Part shown: positions 1 to 9,917 of the stretch, piece after piece
Position numbering within the stretch: position 1 is the first letter of the stretch
Layout of the letters: each line of letters starts with the position of its first letter
Notes under the pieces: model-generated
What the model was told of the DNA's origin: nothing
What the model saw: the letters and a program-made list of their open reading frames with translations, nothing else
Database searches by the model: none
Assembly: GCA_013416795.1 (NCBI GenBank)
Contig: RQSC01000518.1
Span: forward strand, 1 to 63,367
DNA from: Prasinococcaceae sp. CCMP 1430
Lineage: Eukaryota > Plantae > Prasinodermophyta
DNA: 63,367 nt
Direction of reading: 5' to 3'
Program-made: the position numbers and the translations under genes

Positions 1-1263
1 CCCGCGCGCCGTCGCGTGGGGGCGCGCAGGCAGGCAGGGCGGCGGCGCGGCATCCCGCCGCATGCGTTTTGATGGGTTCCCCGGGGCCGGCCGCGCGCGC
101 CCCTGGGGTGGGGGCAAAAGTAGCCGTTGCGCGGCGCAGCAGCCTCGGGACGTGTCGATGGAAGTGGTCCTTTGTTTTTTTTTGTTTAGGTCAAATTGCA
201 ACCGGTTGTTTTGCGGGCCTTTTCCCCTTTCTTTTACGGGCTTGGGCGTCTCTTCCCTGCTCATCATCAGCAGAGTGCACTCCGAGTGAACCCGAACTCT
301 GTCAATCAACGCTGACGCGACAGCTCGAAGCCGAAGCACTCGGAAGCGAGTAGTCTCGCGTGGACCGAGAGTACACTTTCTCGAACAAAACATGGGTACA
401 CACTCCCACGGGCGCCACCAACCACGAGCAGCGGGTTCGGGTGAGGTTCGCGTCCGCGCGCCGCCGGCGGGGCGGTCTCGACCCCTCGATCGATCCATGG
501 GAGGGGATTGTAGAAAGCGCGCGAGGTGATGCGCGCCGATGCGCGCGCGCGGCACCCCGGCTTCGACCCGGATCCCCCAGTTGTGGGCTGTCGCAACAGC
601 TGCACGGCTTCCGGGTTTTGAATGGGCGTTCGATTGACGTGACGCGCGAGGGGATTCCCCGAAGAAAACAGCGCGAGGGCGAAAGCCCCGTCAAATCGAA
701 AAGAGCGTCGACGCCCCGCGGCCTGTCGAAACGGGAGTACGACTGGGGTCTGTCGGATTTGTCAGGGTCATTTCCTGCGCACACACGGGTAGGAAGGGCG
801 GGTTTGAACCGGGTTCGTCCGGGGGACGCGCGAAGCGGGGAAGCGCAGCCTGCGCGCGGGGGAACGCGGAAACGACCGGTATGCCGTACATTTCGCCCGC
901 GCGCGGGCGCGAATTGGCGAGGTAATCCTGATGCGATCCGGCTTCGCGGCGGCGGATTTCGCGCGGGGGCGTCGGCGCTTGCGCGAGGCGCGACGTAGCT
1001 GTTGCCGCTGGGCGGTGCGCGCGCGCGGTGCCCCCGCGCGTCCCCCAGGGCGCACCTCCAGCGTAATTGGGGGCGTGGTGGGGGTGCGGGTGGGTGGGTG
1101 TTGGGCGCGGCCTGCAGCGCCAGCAAGGCGGGCGCGGGCGCGGGCGAGGTCGCCTGTGCTCGCGGGCGCCGGGAAAGCGCGAGGCGCGCCTCGCTTCGCT
1201 CGCGCCGCGCAGAGACACGCGCGCCGCCGCGCTCGCTCTCGGTAGAGCGCGCCCGCGGCAACA

Positions 1264-3822
1264 ATGGGCATGGAGAAGTACGTCGTCGACCGGCGCATCG
1301 GCGTCGGCTCGTACGGGAGCGCGTACCTCGTGCGCCTGCGCGCGGACAAGCAGCGCTGCCTGGTGCTCAAGAAGATACGGCTGGACAACGTCGGCGCGAA
1401 GGAGCGGCGCGCCGCGCACGCCGAGGCCAAGCTACTGCAACGCTTCGACCACCCGTTCGTCCTCGGCTACGTCGACAGCTTCTCGCACAAGGGCCACCTG
1501 TGCATCGTGACGGACTACTGCGAGGCGGGCGACCTCTACTGCCGCCTCAAGAGCTCCAAGAGCTACTGGCGCGAGGACGCCATCCTTGACATGTTCGCGC
1601 AGATCTGCCTCGCGCTGGACTACGTGCACGACCAGAAGGTACTGCACCGCGACTTGAAGACGCAGAACGTCTTCCTGCATCGAAACGGGACCATCAAGCT
1701 GGGCGACTTCGGCATCGCCCGCCAGATGGACGCGCCTATGGATATGGCGATGACGGTCATCGGCACGCCTTACTACATGTCACCCGAGCTCATGGAGGGT
1801 AAGGCCTACGGCTACAAGAGCGACGTGTGGGCGCTGGGCTGCGTGCTGTACGAGCTGGCCACCCTCAAGCACGCCTTCGATGCAAACGACATGAACGGGC
1901 TGGTGATGAAGATCGTGCGCGGGCGCGTGCTGCCGGTGCCCATGCACTATTCGCCCGAGCTGCGCGCGCTCATCTGCAAGCTGCTCTCCAAGCGCTCCGC
2001 CGACCGGCCCACGGTCAAGCGGGTGCTTGAGACGCCCGTGCTCGCCAAGCACGTCGCCAAACACAGGGCGGCGGTGCTCGCGCGCTTGCAGCAGGTCCAG
2101 GTGGAGAAGGGCGCGCCGCCTGCGGCCGCGGCGCCCGCCGCGGGCGCTGCGAGCGCGGCAGGCGGCGTCGTGGCAAAGGGACGCGCGGACGCGCGCGTGC
2201 GCCTCGAGCGTGACCTTGCGTCGCAGCGCGAAGCGCGCGCGCGCCTCGAGGGCAACATGAACCGTCTCGCGGAGCGCAATCGCAAACAAGCGCCCGTTGG
2301 CGGAAGCAAGGCGCCGGCGGTGGGACCCACGAAGGCCGCCGCCGCGCCTAGCACGCCGGCTAACCTGCAGGACGCCATTCGGCGCAAGGAGCGTGAGCTG
2401 GCGGCCATCTCGTATGAGCGCCGACACATCGTGTCGAGCCGGCGCAGGATAGTCGAGCCAAAGGCGGCCGGCGCTGCCGTTGGCGGTGCCAAGCGCCAGC
2501 TCAGCAACGTCACCAACGCTGGCCGCGCGGGAGAAGCGCCGAACAGAGCATCGTCGCGAATACCGCCGGCGAGAGCCGTCGGTGACGCGGCAGCGCGCGC
2601 GCCCGTGCGCATCATCCCTGTCGGCGCTGCGCAGGTGGCTGCTGGTGGTCAGCGAGCCTCGTTGGAGGACCAGATGGCCGCGCATCGCGAACGACGACGC
2701 GAGCGCGCGCGCAGCTCGCTGAGCCCGCAAGGGAGCTTGCACAGCGGCAGCGACTCCGACCGCTCCATCGGCAGCGGCAGCGGCGGTGCCCTGAGTGACC
2801 GCCATCACGGCGGGGCGCCTGCGCCCAGCGCTCACAGCGATGGCAGCGCGAGCGGCGGCGTTGGCGAGTCGAACGAGGTCAGCTCTGCTTATGTGTCGAG
2901 CGGGGATGGCGAGGCAGGCGAGGGCGGCGGCGCGGCCTCGCACCGCGACAACGTGATGGCCGCGCGGAGGCGTAAGAAGGAGGCGGAGGCTGCCGCGCGT
3001 GAGGCTGAGCTGCTGGCAGCACGGCGATCATATTTCGAGGAGCGTCGTGCCGCGCACGCTCGCAACAACTCCGAGCACTGCGCATCAGAGGGCAACTACG
3101 TTGCCCACAGCCATGGGCTGCGCCCTGCGCACGCCCACGCCCGCGTCCACGCTCACGCGCAGGCACAAGCGCAGGCGCAAGCGCATGGTGGCGCGCAGGG
3201 CCCGTCGCCGGGGGGAATTGACCGCGAGGCCGCTGAGATCGAGATGGTGGCGCTGCAGGCGCAGCATGCGGCCGTCACACAGCGCATCGAGGAGCTTTCA
3301 GAGACGCTCAAGGCGGCTCAGGTCGCTGAGGGCGATGCGAGCACTGGTGGGGCTGTAGGCGCGGCTGGCAGCGGGGATGTGCTGGGGAGCCAGCACACGC
3401 CACCGCCGCAGGCCAATGTGAAGTCGCTCGAGCGGCTCGACACTCCTGCCGCGCGCGAGCTCGAGAGCGAGTTCGACCGCAAGCCGGGCGCCGGTGGCGG
3501 CGCGCAGCAGCGCATTTCGCTGGGCGACGGCATGGGCGCGCAGCGCGTGCAGGCCGTGCGGCAGGTGTGCGAGCATCACCTCGGCGCGCCGCTGCTCTCC
3601 AAGCTAATGGCTTACATGCGTGAGCGCAACCGCCTCATGAAGGATGGGGAGGACGTTGACGACGCGGCCTTCCGAGGGGAGCTGCGCGCGCACCTGGGCG
3701 CGGAGCGCATGCAGTACGTGTCTATGGTTGACCAGCTGATGTATCTGCAGGACAACCACTCGCACGCATCGCACATGCACGCGCACGGCGGGCACGGCCA
3801 GCACGTCGTGGCGGTGGCGTGA
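1264..3822 (+). CDS. NIMA-related (NEK) Ser/Thr kinase with long low-complexity/coiled-coil tail
   Basis: IGVGSYG, VLKKI, HRDLKTQNVFL, KLGDFGIAR, IGTPYYMSPE, YGYKSDVWALGCVLYEL: NEK1/4-type motifs. Helical C-terminal domain (RVQAVRQVCEHHLG...DQLMYLQD). TGTAA at 3853-3857. Confidence 0.93.
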   Translation: MGMEKYVVDRRIGVGSYGSAYLVRLRADKQRCLVLKKIRLDNVGAKERRAAHAEAKLLQRFDHPFVLGYVDSFSHKGHLCIVTDYCEAGDLYCRLKSSKSYWREDAILDMFAQICLALDYVHDQKVLHRDLKTQNVFLHRNGTIKLGDFGIARQMDAPMDMAMTVIGTPYYMSPELMEGKAYGYKSDVWALGCVLYELATLKHAFDANDMNGLVMKIVRGRVLPVPMHYSPELRALICKLLSKRSADRPTVKRVLETPVLAKHVAKHRAAVLARLQQVQVEKGAPPAAAAPAAGAASAAGGVVAKGRADARVRLERDLASQREARARLEGNMNRLAERNRKQAPVGGSKAPAVGPTKAAAAPSTPANLQDAIRRKERELAAISYERRHIVSSRRRIVEPKAAGAAVGGAKRQLSNVTNAGRAGEAPNRASSRIPPARAVGDAAARAPVRIIPVGAAQVAAGGQRASLEDQMAAHRERRRERARSSLSPQGSLHSGSDSDRSIGSGSGGALSDRHHGGAPAPSAHSDGSASGGVGESNEVSSAYVSSGDGEAGEGGGAASHRDNVMAARRRKKEAEAAAREAELLAARRSYFEERRAAHARNNSEHCASEGNYVAHSHGLRPAHAHARVHAHAQAQAQAQAHGGAQGPSPGGIDREAAEIEMVALQAQHAAVTQRIEELSETLKAAQVAEGDASTGGAVGAAGSGDVLGSQHTPPPQANVKSLERLDTPAARELESEFDRKPGAGGGAQQRISLGDGMGAQRVQAVRQVCEHHLGAPLLSKLMAYMRERNRLMKDGEDVDDAAFRGELRAHLGAERMQYVSMVDQLMYLQDNHSHASHMHAHGGHGQHVVAVA

Positions 3823-3965
3823 GGCGCGTCGTGCATGCCTTCTCCGACCGTCTGTAATGCAACGAATTGCCCTCATACGCCTCGCGTGCTCCCATCGGGC
3901 TTTCCTGAAGCGACGCTACGCGCGCGAGCGCACTGCGACAGGCCCACGCGAGCGAAGGCGCCGTC

Positions 3966-4967
3966 TCACACCGCACCAGCGGCGGTTGACTGCCCAGTAG
4001 CCCCTTCAGCACCGCCCAAACAGAACGTGCAGGTCAAATACTTCGTTCGCGCGACGCCCCACCCGTCGAAGGCGATCAGGATCGCCGCCACGCCGTTCAA
4101 CACCGTCGAGGTGATGGCGAAGTAGAAGGAGGTTGAGTACCCGAGCGGCCCCAAGATGCGGAAGGGATAGAGGAAATCGATCCACGAGGTGTCGCTGTTC
4201 GTGTCACTCTGGAAGCCGGCATAAGTACCAAGGGCAATGGCCCCAAACACGGCACAGAAGCCGTTTGTCCCGATCGCGACCCAGCTGCCTACCCCGCAGG
4301 AGTTGCTTCCGTCGTAGTCGAAGAGGACCCACAGGGCTGCGAGCGCGGCCCAGATTCCCAGAACGACATATATGACCACGAAGGCCCGCGCGGCGATAAG
4401 GGTTGACGGTTCGTCGATGCCGCCATACCCGAAGCAGCCCCCATTGATCGCTGGCTCGGATGCACAGAACGTCCAAAGCCCCCTGTGTGACGCGCTCGCG
4501 CGGGCGCGGGTGTGGGTGAGCGATGGCTGCGGGCGCACGCAAGGGTATTCCACACACGCGCGCAAGAAATATACATCTTCCGAGGAATGCATGCACGATG
4601 CACGCACGCGCGCGCGCGCGCGCGCGCACGGACGCGCGCACGCACCAGTGGAAGTTGCTAATCCAAGATGCACGCGCGCCGCGCCGTGGGGAGTCAGCAC
4701 GCGGCGACATGCGCGCCCGCGCACGCATTCGCACCCATCCGCACACATGCCCGCGACACACATTGCATCGTCCGGCGGGCCGATGATGAGCTCAGCGCTC
4801 GAAACACTCCAGAAAGTCAGAAAGCTGGACGTGAGGATGAGTCCCCACGCGACCCACGCGAAGAAAGCGGCCACGAACGCTGCCGGGCGCTCGCGTATGG
4901 CCGTGAAGAGACCGGGGCCACCGCCGCAGCAGTCGCGCGTGCCCTGAAGCGGGTTGCACGTCACCAT
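3966..4967 (-). CDS. Claudin/PMP22-superfamily-like four-TM membrane protein (2 exons; intron 4483-4761)
   Basis: Splicing GTGTGT...CAG gives FW-x15-MGLWTFC-x9-C, i.e. the W-GLW-C-C first-loop signature. Four hydrophobic segments, with LGYS before the last TM. Confidence 0.65.
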   Translation of the reverse strand: MVTCNPLQGTRDCCGGGPGLFTAIRERPAAFVAAFFAWVAWGLILTSSFLTFWSVSSAELIIGPPDDAMCVAGMCADGCECVRGRACRRVLTPHGAARVHLGLATSTGACARPCARARARVRASCMHSSEDVYFLRACVEYPCVRPQPSLTHTRARASASHRGLWTFCASEPAINGGCFGYGGIDEPSTLIAARAFVVIYVVLGIWAALAALWVLFDYDGSNSCGVGSWVAIGTNGFCAVFGAIALGTYAGFQSDTNSDTSWIDFLYPFRILGPLGYSTSFYFAITSTVLNGVAAILIAFDGWGVARTKYLTCTFCLGGAEGATGQSTAAGAV

Positions 4968-5291
4968 CGTGCGCGCACCGTAAGGCGCAGTCGCCGTCAG
5001 TTCGACCGAGCGGCGCGCACGCGGTCCGAGGGGGCAGGGAGGGGAGGTCGAAGGCTGCAAGGAGCTGCGGTGCTGTGCTTCGACCCTTGGGCGCGGCCAG
5101 CGTGCGCGTGCTGTGGCGCGCCGCGCGATACGGGCACCATGCGACCCCACCCACCCGGCACACATAACGAACGATGACACCAACTGGCGGAAGAAATCGG
5201 ACAAATTGTTTCCCATAAAAAAATAATTGGTATCGTTGGTGAGCTGGCGGCGGCTGCGTGCTGGAGCTGCTAGCTGCAGCCGCGCGCGCGG

Positions 5292-5331
<40 letters not shown>

Positions 5332-5410
5332 AGGGCACACCGCGTGCAGGGGCACGGCGCCGGTGCCGCGCGCACTGGCGCCACGCCCCCCGACGCAGCA
5401 CCGCGCGGGC

Positions 5411-6829
5411 ATGTGCATGGCCGCGGCGCCCGCCCCCGCGCTGGCGTTCGACGCGGGCCCGACGCGGGACGATGTGGTCGTGCGGCTGGGTGGGCGGGAG
5501 CGGCAACGCGGAAACAGCGGTGTCGCGGTGCTCGACCTGAGGATGGGCAGCGGCGGTGAGAGTGGAGACGGTTGCGAAGGTGGCGAGAGCGGCAGCATGG
5601 CGGGCGCTGCCACTGGCGCGCATGCCTACGCGCCGCTCGATGCGGAGGACGGGGACTGTGTCGCGGTCGCACGTGAGGGTACCGACGGCGCGTGCATCGA
5701 CCGGGCGCTCGCGGCCGGGAAGAGTGTGCTTCTGCGTGGCGACGGCAGCGGCAGCGCAGCTGCTGTCGCACTCGCCGTCGCTCTGCTGCGGCTGTGTCGC
5801 TTGGAGCCGGCCTGCAAAGAGGACGCTCACGCTGGCGAGCCATCGCGCACCCAGCCGCTCGCGGACGCGCTCGGCGCGCTGCCGGCGGGCACTCGCTGGC
5901 CGTGCGCGCGCTTCATCTCCCAACTCGTCGCATGCGAAGTGCGAGTGCGTGGCGGCACGCCCAGCGACTTTCGTGGCGTGGCAGGCGCAAGGGAGTGGCA
6001 GTATGTGTGGTTGCCTCCTTCGGAAACGCTCCGCAGCGAGGATCGTGGACGCGAGCTGCAACGTCTGCTCGCGCTGCTCGGCGCTCGCGAGGCCGGCGAG
6101 CGCGCACGCATGCTGGCCTGCCATGGCTCATTGATACTGTTCGTGCCGCAGCTGCGCACGACGCCGCGCTTGTCGCTGGCGGAGAACCTCATCTCTGCTG
6201 TGGACGCGCAGGCGGTGATTGAGCTGGCGACGCCTACGCTTCACCCGTCGCGCGTCGTCACGAAAAGGCAGACCGGTGAGCAGCGTGTCCGTAGCCGGCA
6301 GCAGTTGCTGCACGATGCCGCCGAGAGTGTGCCGGGGCGCACCTCGCACAGCTGCAAGGTGTCGCCGCACGCACACCCGGCGCTGAGAGCGTTGGTGCAG
6401 CGCGTCTCCTTCCTGCTCGGCCTCACACCCGCGCACGCCGAACCCGTCCAGGTGCTGCGCTACTTGCCCGGGGAACAATACAAGCCCCACTACGACTACT
6501 TTGACCCGGCCGGCGCCGCATACGCCGACGCCATGTCAGCGGGCGGGCGCGGCCAACGCGTAGCAACCGCCTTTGTGTACCTTACGACTCTCCCCAACGG
6601 CGCGGGCGGCACCACAACATTCCATCGGAGTCATCCGCCGGTCTCTGTGCCTCCGAAGCTCGGCCGGGGGGCGCTATGGCGAAACGTGCTCGACTGCGGC
6701 GCGCCCGATGAAAATAGTCTCCACAGTGGCGACCGCGTCAACGGCGGGCCAGGCACTGAGAAGTGGGCCGTCAACATCTTCTTCAGGGAACGTCCCCGGC
6801 CTGGCGGACGGGCCGCTGCGGCGCCATGA
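5411..6829 (+). CDS. Prolyl 4-hydroxylase-like 2OG-Fe(II) oxygenase with N-terminal degenerate dual-specificity-phosphatase-like domain
   Basis: C-terminal half: RTS, EPVQVLRYLPGEQYKPHYDYF, QRVATAFVYL, GGTTTF, SLHSG, EKWAVN (HxD...H...K). ATG at 5411 chosen downstream of the poly-G run. Confidence 0.8.
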   Translation: MCMAAAPAPALAFDAGPTRDDVVVRLGGRERQRGNSGVAVLDLRMGSGGESGDGCEGGESGSMAGAATGAHAYAPLDAEDGDCVAVAREGTDGACIDRALAAGKSVLLRGDGSGSAAAVALAVALLRLCRLEPACKEDAHAGEPSRTQPLADALGALPAGTRWPCARFISQLVACEVRVRGGTPSDFRGVAGAREWQYVWLPPSETLRSEDRGRELQRLLALLGAREAGERARMLACHGSLILFVPQLRTTPRLSLAENLISAVDAQAVIELATPTLHPSRVVTKRQTGEQRVRSRQQLLHDAAESVPGRTSHSCKVSPHAHPALRALVQRVSFLLGLTPAHAEPVQVLRYLPGEQYKPHYDYFDPAGAAYADAMSAGGRGQRVATAFVYLTTLPNGAGGTTTFHRSHPPVSVPPKLGRGALWRNVLDCGAPDENSLHSGDRVNGGPGTEKWAVNIFFRERPRPGGRAAAAP

Positions 6830-6913
6830 GAGCATCCCCGTGGCTCGCGGCGCGCGCGCACGGCCGAACGCCATCGTGCACCTCCGTTGTCAAGTATGTA
6901 CTTTACGCATGAC

Positions 6914-8875
6914 TCAGACATCGTCTCCGTCCCACTTGCGCTGCGCCTCGTACCTCCCACCTGGCGCGTTCGTTCGTATGACGTCCGCGTGAGCGTCGAT
7001 CTCTTGGTAGAGCCATACCTGCTCCTTGGCGTACTTGTTGCCAGGCTCGAGCTCGAGGCTGCGCTTGTAGTCGCGCAGGGCGTCCTCGGGCATGCCTAGC
7101 CCCTCGAAGGCCTTCGCGCGCCTAAAGAGCGCCTTGACGGCGATCTTGTCTGCCCTGCCTGAACGTAGCACATCGTTGCAGTCAGCGCGCGCCTCGGCCC
7201 AGCGCCGTCTCTTCAGCCAACACGCCGCGCGGTTGCACAGATACACCGCGCGGGCACCGCCGCCGCCGCACTCGGGGTCGTCATGGTCGTCCCCGTCTGG
7301 TCCGAGCAATCGCAACGCGCGCGTGTATGAATCGGTGGCAGCTCGGTATGCGCCTCGCCGGAAGTGCTCATTGCCCTCGTTGCGCGCGCACCGAGCGTCA
7401 AGGACATTGTCCTGCGCGATGGTGAACGCGCTGGCTGCCGCGCGGCGTCCATCGGTGCGCTCCTTGCACATCTGCACATCCTTGAGCAGCGCTGGCGCTT
7501 CCTTGAGCGTCGTGAAGTCCCTTCTGAGCACTACGGCAGGCTCGCCCTCCAAGTGCCTGCGGTGCCACCACCAGCCTGCGGGTACGAGCAGAACCTCACC
7601 CGGTACGAGGGTAGCAATGCAGGGAGTTGCCGCGCGCGCACGGGGGTACGCCGACCAATCGGGCTGCGATGGGTCGAATCCGCTCACATCGCTCTCCACG
7701 GCGCCGCCACCTATAAGATCCGCCTCCAGTGGTGCGTACATCACGTATTGGGTGCTTCCTCGAAGCTGCGCGTGCCAAGAATGCATCAGTCCTCCGCGCG
7801 TGCGCCCGAGTGCGCGTTGTGCACCCGGCGGGCCGACGCTCAGACTATGGCACCCGACCCCCGGAGTAAGTGTGCGCTCGGGCAAGAGACTCAGCCCTGC
7901 TATGTGTGCCCGTAGCTCGGACGCGGCGGCCTCGTCTGCCACCAACTCCTCCGCCGTACTCCGAGCCGGTGGACCGCCTCTGCCGCTGCCGCCGTCGTGC
8001 CCGCCCAGCGAGTCCGTGGCCTCCCCCCTCGCACCAAAGAGGCGCCACTCGTCCAGCTGAAAGGGCTTGCGACGGCCGCCCCCCCTGCGCTCGTAGCGCT
8101 CGATCATTGCAGCGGAAGCGTGGCCAGCGACGCTCTTGAACGATGCATACGCGATGAGGTCGGCGAGCGGCAGGACTAGCGCCTGCGCGCGCGTGTGGGG
8201 TGCGAGTGGCTCGGGCGACGCGGCGGCTGCACGCGGTGGGCACACGTCGCGGCATGCGACGCGCTGGGCGCCAACGACGCCAGACATGAAGTACTTTGCA
8301 TCCCTGCGGAAGCGCGTGCGCGTGTCAGGCACGGAATTGGCGTGAGATGCTGCTGACAGCAGCACACGCAAAGATGCCTGCACCCTCACTGCCCGCCAGT
8401 GGCGGGCACGGGCTCTTGGCGCGACACACCAGCTGAACGGAGCGTCCCAGTGTCCGCAGCCCGCTTTCCCCCTGAGCACAAGCGGGGTGCGCGGCACGCG
8501 CTTATCTCCGCCGACCGCCTCCTCCTGGTCAACGTTTGCTGCTGCGAGCATCGTCGCGATGAGCGCGGGGTCTGCGTCGGCCGGAGCGACGGGTGCCGGC
8601 GATGCACCGGGCAGCATCGAAGGCTCCTGCTGCGCCCAGCGCAGATCCACCGACCGTCTCTCGGGGCAGCCACGGCCCTCGCTGTCGCCCGCGTGCTTTC
8701 CCTGCACCCCGCCGCCGGCACGTGCCTCGCCGCACATGCGCCCCTGGCGCGCGATCCGCTCAACGCATCGTGCCGAGCACACATGGTACGCATTGGCGGC
8801 GTTCGGGCACCCGGGCACGCTGGTGCCCGCGCCGCCGCCTGGCGCGGCGGGCGCCGCGCTCGCGACGCCTGCCAT
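6914..8875 (-). CDS. JmjC (cupin)-like plus C-terminal TPR protein with N-terminal Cys/His motif; probably contains unresolved introns
   Basis: HSWHAQLRGS and LVPGEVLLVPAGWWWH (JmjC). RNEGNEHFRRGAY, YLCNRAACWLK, KALFRRAKAFEGLG (carboxylate-clamp-type TPR). N-terminal CPNAANAYHVCSARC. Confidence 0.72.
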   Translation of the reverse strand: MAGVASAAPAAPGGGAGTSVPGCPNAANAYHVCSARCVERIARQGRMCGEARAGGGVQGKHAGDSEGRGCPERRSVDLRWAQQEPSMLPGASPAPVAPADADPALIATMLAAANVDQEEAVGGDKRVPRTPLVLRGKAGCGHWDAPFSWCVAPRARARHWRAVRVQASLRVLLSAASHANSVPDTRTRFRRDAKYFMSGVVGAQRVACRDVCPPRAAAASPEPLAPHTRAQALVLPLADLIAYASFKSVAGHASAAMIERYERRGGGRRKPFQLDEWRLFGARGEATDSLGGHDGGSGRGGPPARSTAEELVADEAAASELRAHIAGLSLLPERTLTPGVGCHSLSVGPPGAQRALGRTRGGLMHSWHAQLRGSTQYVMYAPLEADLIGGGAVESDVSGFDPSQPDWSAYPRARAATPCIATLVPGEVLLVPAGWWWHRRHLEGEPAVVLRRDFTTLKEAPALLKDVQMCKERTDGRRAAASAFTIAQDNVLDARCARNEGNEHFRRGAYRAATDSYTRALRLLGPDGDDHDDPECGGGGARAVYLCNRAACWLKRRRWAEARADCNDVLRSGRADKIAVKALFRRAKAFEGLGMPEDALRDYKRSLELEPGNKYAKEQVWLYQEIDAHADVIRTNAPGGRYEAQRKWDGDDV

Positions 8876-9184
8876 GGCGCCCGACGCGAGGGAAGTGTGG
8901 TGATGTGGTCGAGGTGGGGTCTCACGCTCAGGTCAGCGCGCGCCTCCTCGATCTTCCCTCCCCTCACCCCCACCGCCGCGCGCGCCAGCGAGCGCACCGC
9001 CGTGCGCGCGCTCTGGCTCGCGCGCGCCACTTGGGGCGCCCCTTCGCGCGCGCGCGGGCGCGCACCGCCCACCGCAAATGGTTTGGGTTACGTTACGAAA
9101 ATCTTCAAGTTTTCGTAACCCGCCAAGCCAGCCAGACCCCAGCGGGCGCGAACGAGGCGCGAGGGGGAACGCGGCGCGCGCGCG

Positions 9185-9186
<2 letters not shown>

Positions 9187-9220
<34 letters not shown>
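9187..9220. repeat. (AG)17 microsatellite
   Basis: Read directly from the sequence. Confidence 0.97.
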
Positions 9221-9223
<3 letters not shown>

Positions 9224-9444
9224 AGGCGCACTACTGCCTGTGGGTGTGTACCGGAGCTGTTTCTCGCACCTCACGTGACCATGCGTGCGTGTGTCGAATG
9301 CGGCGACGCGCCCGGGGAGGCGCAGGGGGGCGCGGGACTGAGGCGCAAGCGCATGCGCATCCGCACGGCGCGCGCATGCGCGGGCGCGCACGCGCAGTGG
9401 CGCCGCGCTCGAACACACGCGACCGCGCACATGCGCGCGCGCGT

Positions 9445-9445
<1 letters not shown>

Positions 9446-9482
<37 letters not shown>

Positions 9483-9556
9483 GCACGTACACACGCACAC
9501 ACACACACGCACACACGCACGCACGCACGCATGCACGCACGCACGCACGCACGCAC
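9446..9556. repeat. Compound (CA)n/(GCAC)n microsatellite
   Basis: Read directly from the sequence. Confidence 0.95.
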
Positions 9557-9917
9557 AGGCGCTCGCGCGCCACACACACGAGCGCTGCAGCGTCCACGCG
9601 TGCGCGCGGAAGTCGCATTTCGATCAGCGAGAAATTGCTTCAATTATATATCATATTAAGTTGAATGACGGAACCATTTTCGGCCACGGCCGCCGCAAAG
9701 CCGCCGCGCGCGCCGGCGGCTGGCGGGCGCACCCGCGCGCGGAGCGCGGGCGCGCAGGCGCACGCGTGGGCGCGGCGCGCCACACGCCGCTCTGCGCGGC
9801 GCAGAGGCCCGGACCCGCTCACCCGCGCGTGCGTGGCGGGGACAGCCGCGACGGCGGTGGCTGCGGCGGCGGTGGAGGAGTGCGCAGCGGCAGTGGCTGC
9901 ACTCGCGCACTCTCGGC

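Noticed and set aside
5293-5330. Poly-G (38 nt) and poly-C (32333-32359) runs read as poly-Gly/Pro coding or as G-quadruplex elements
   Set aside because: Homopolymer lengths are unreliable and likely lie in UTR/promoter DNA; nothing further supports a function.
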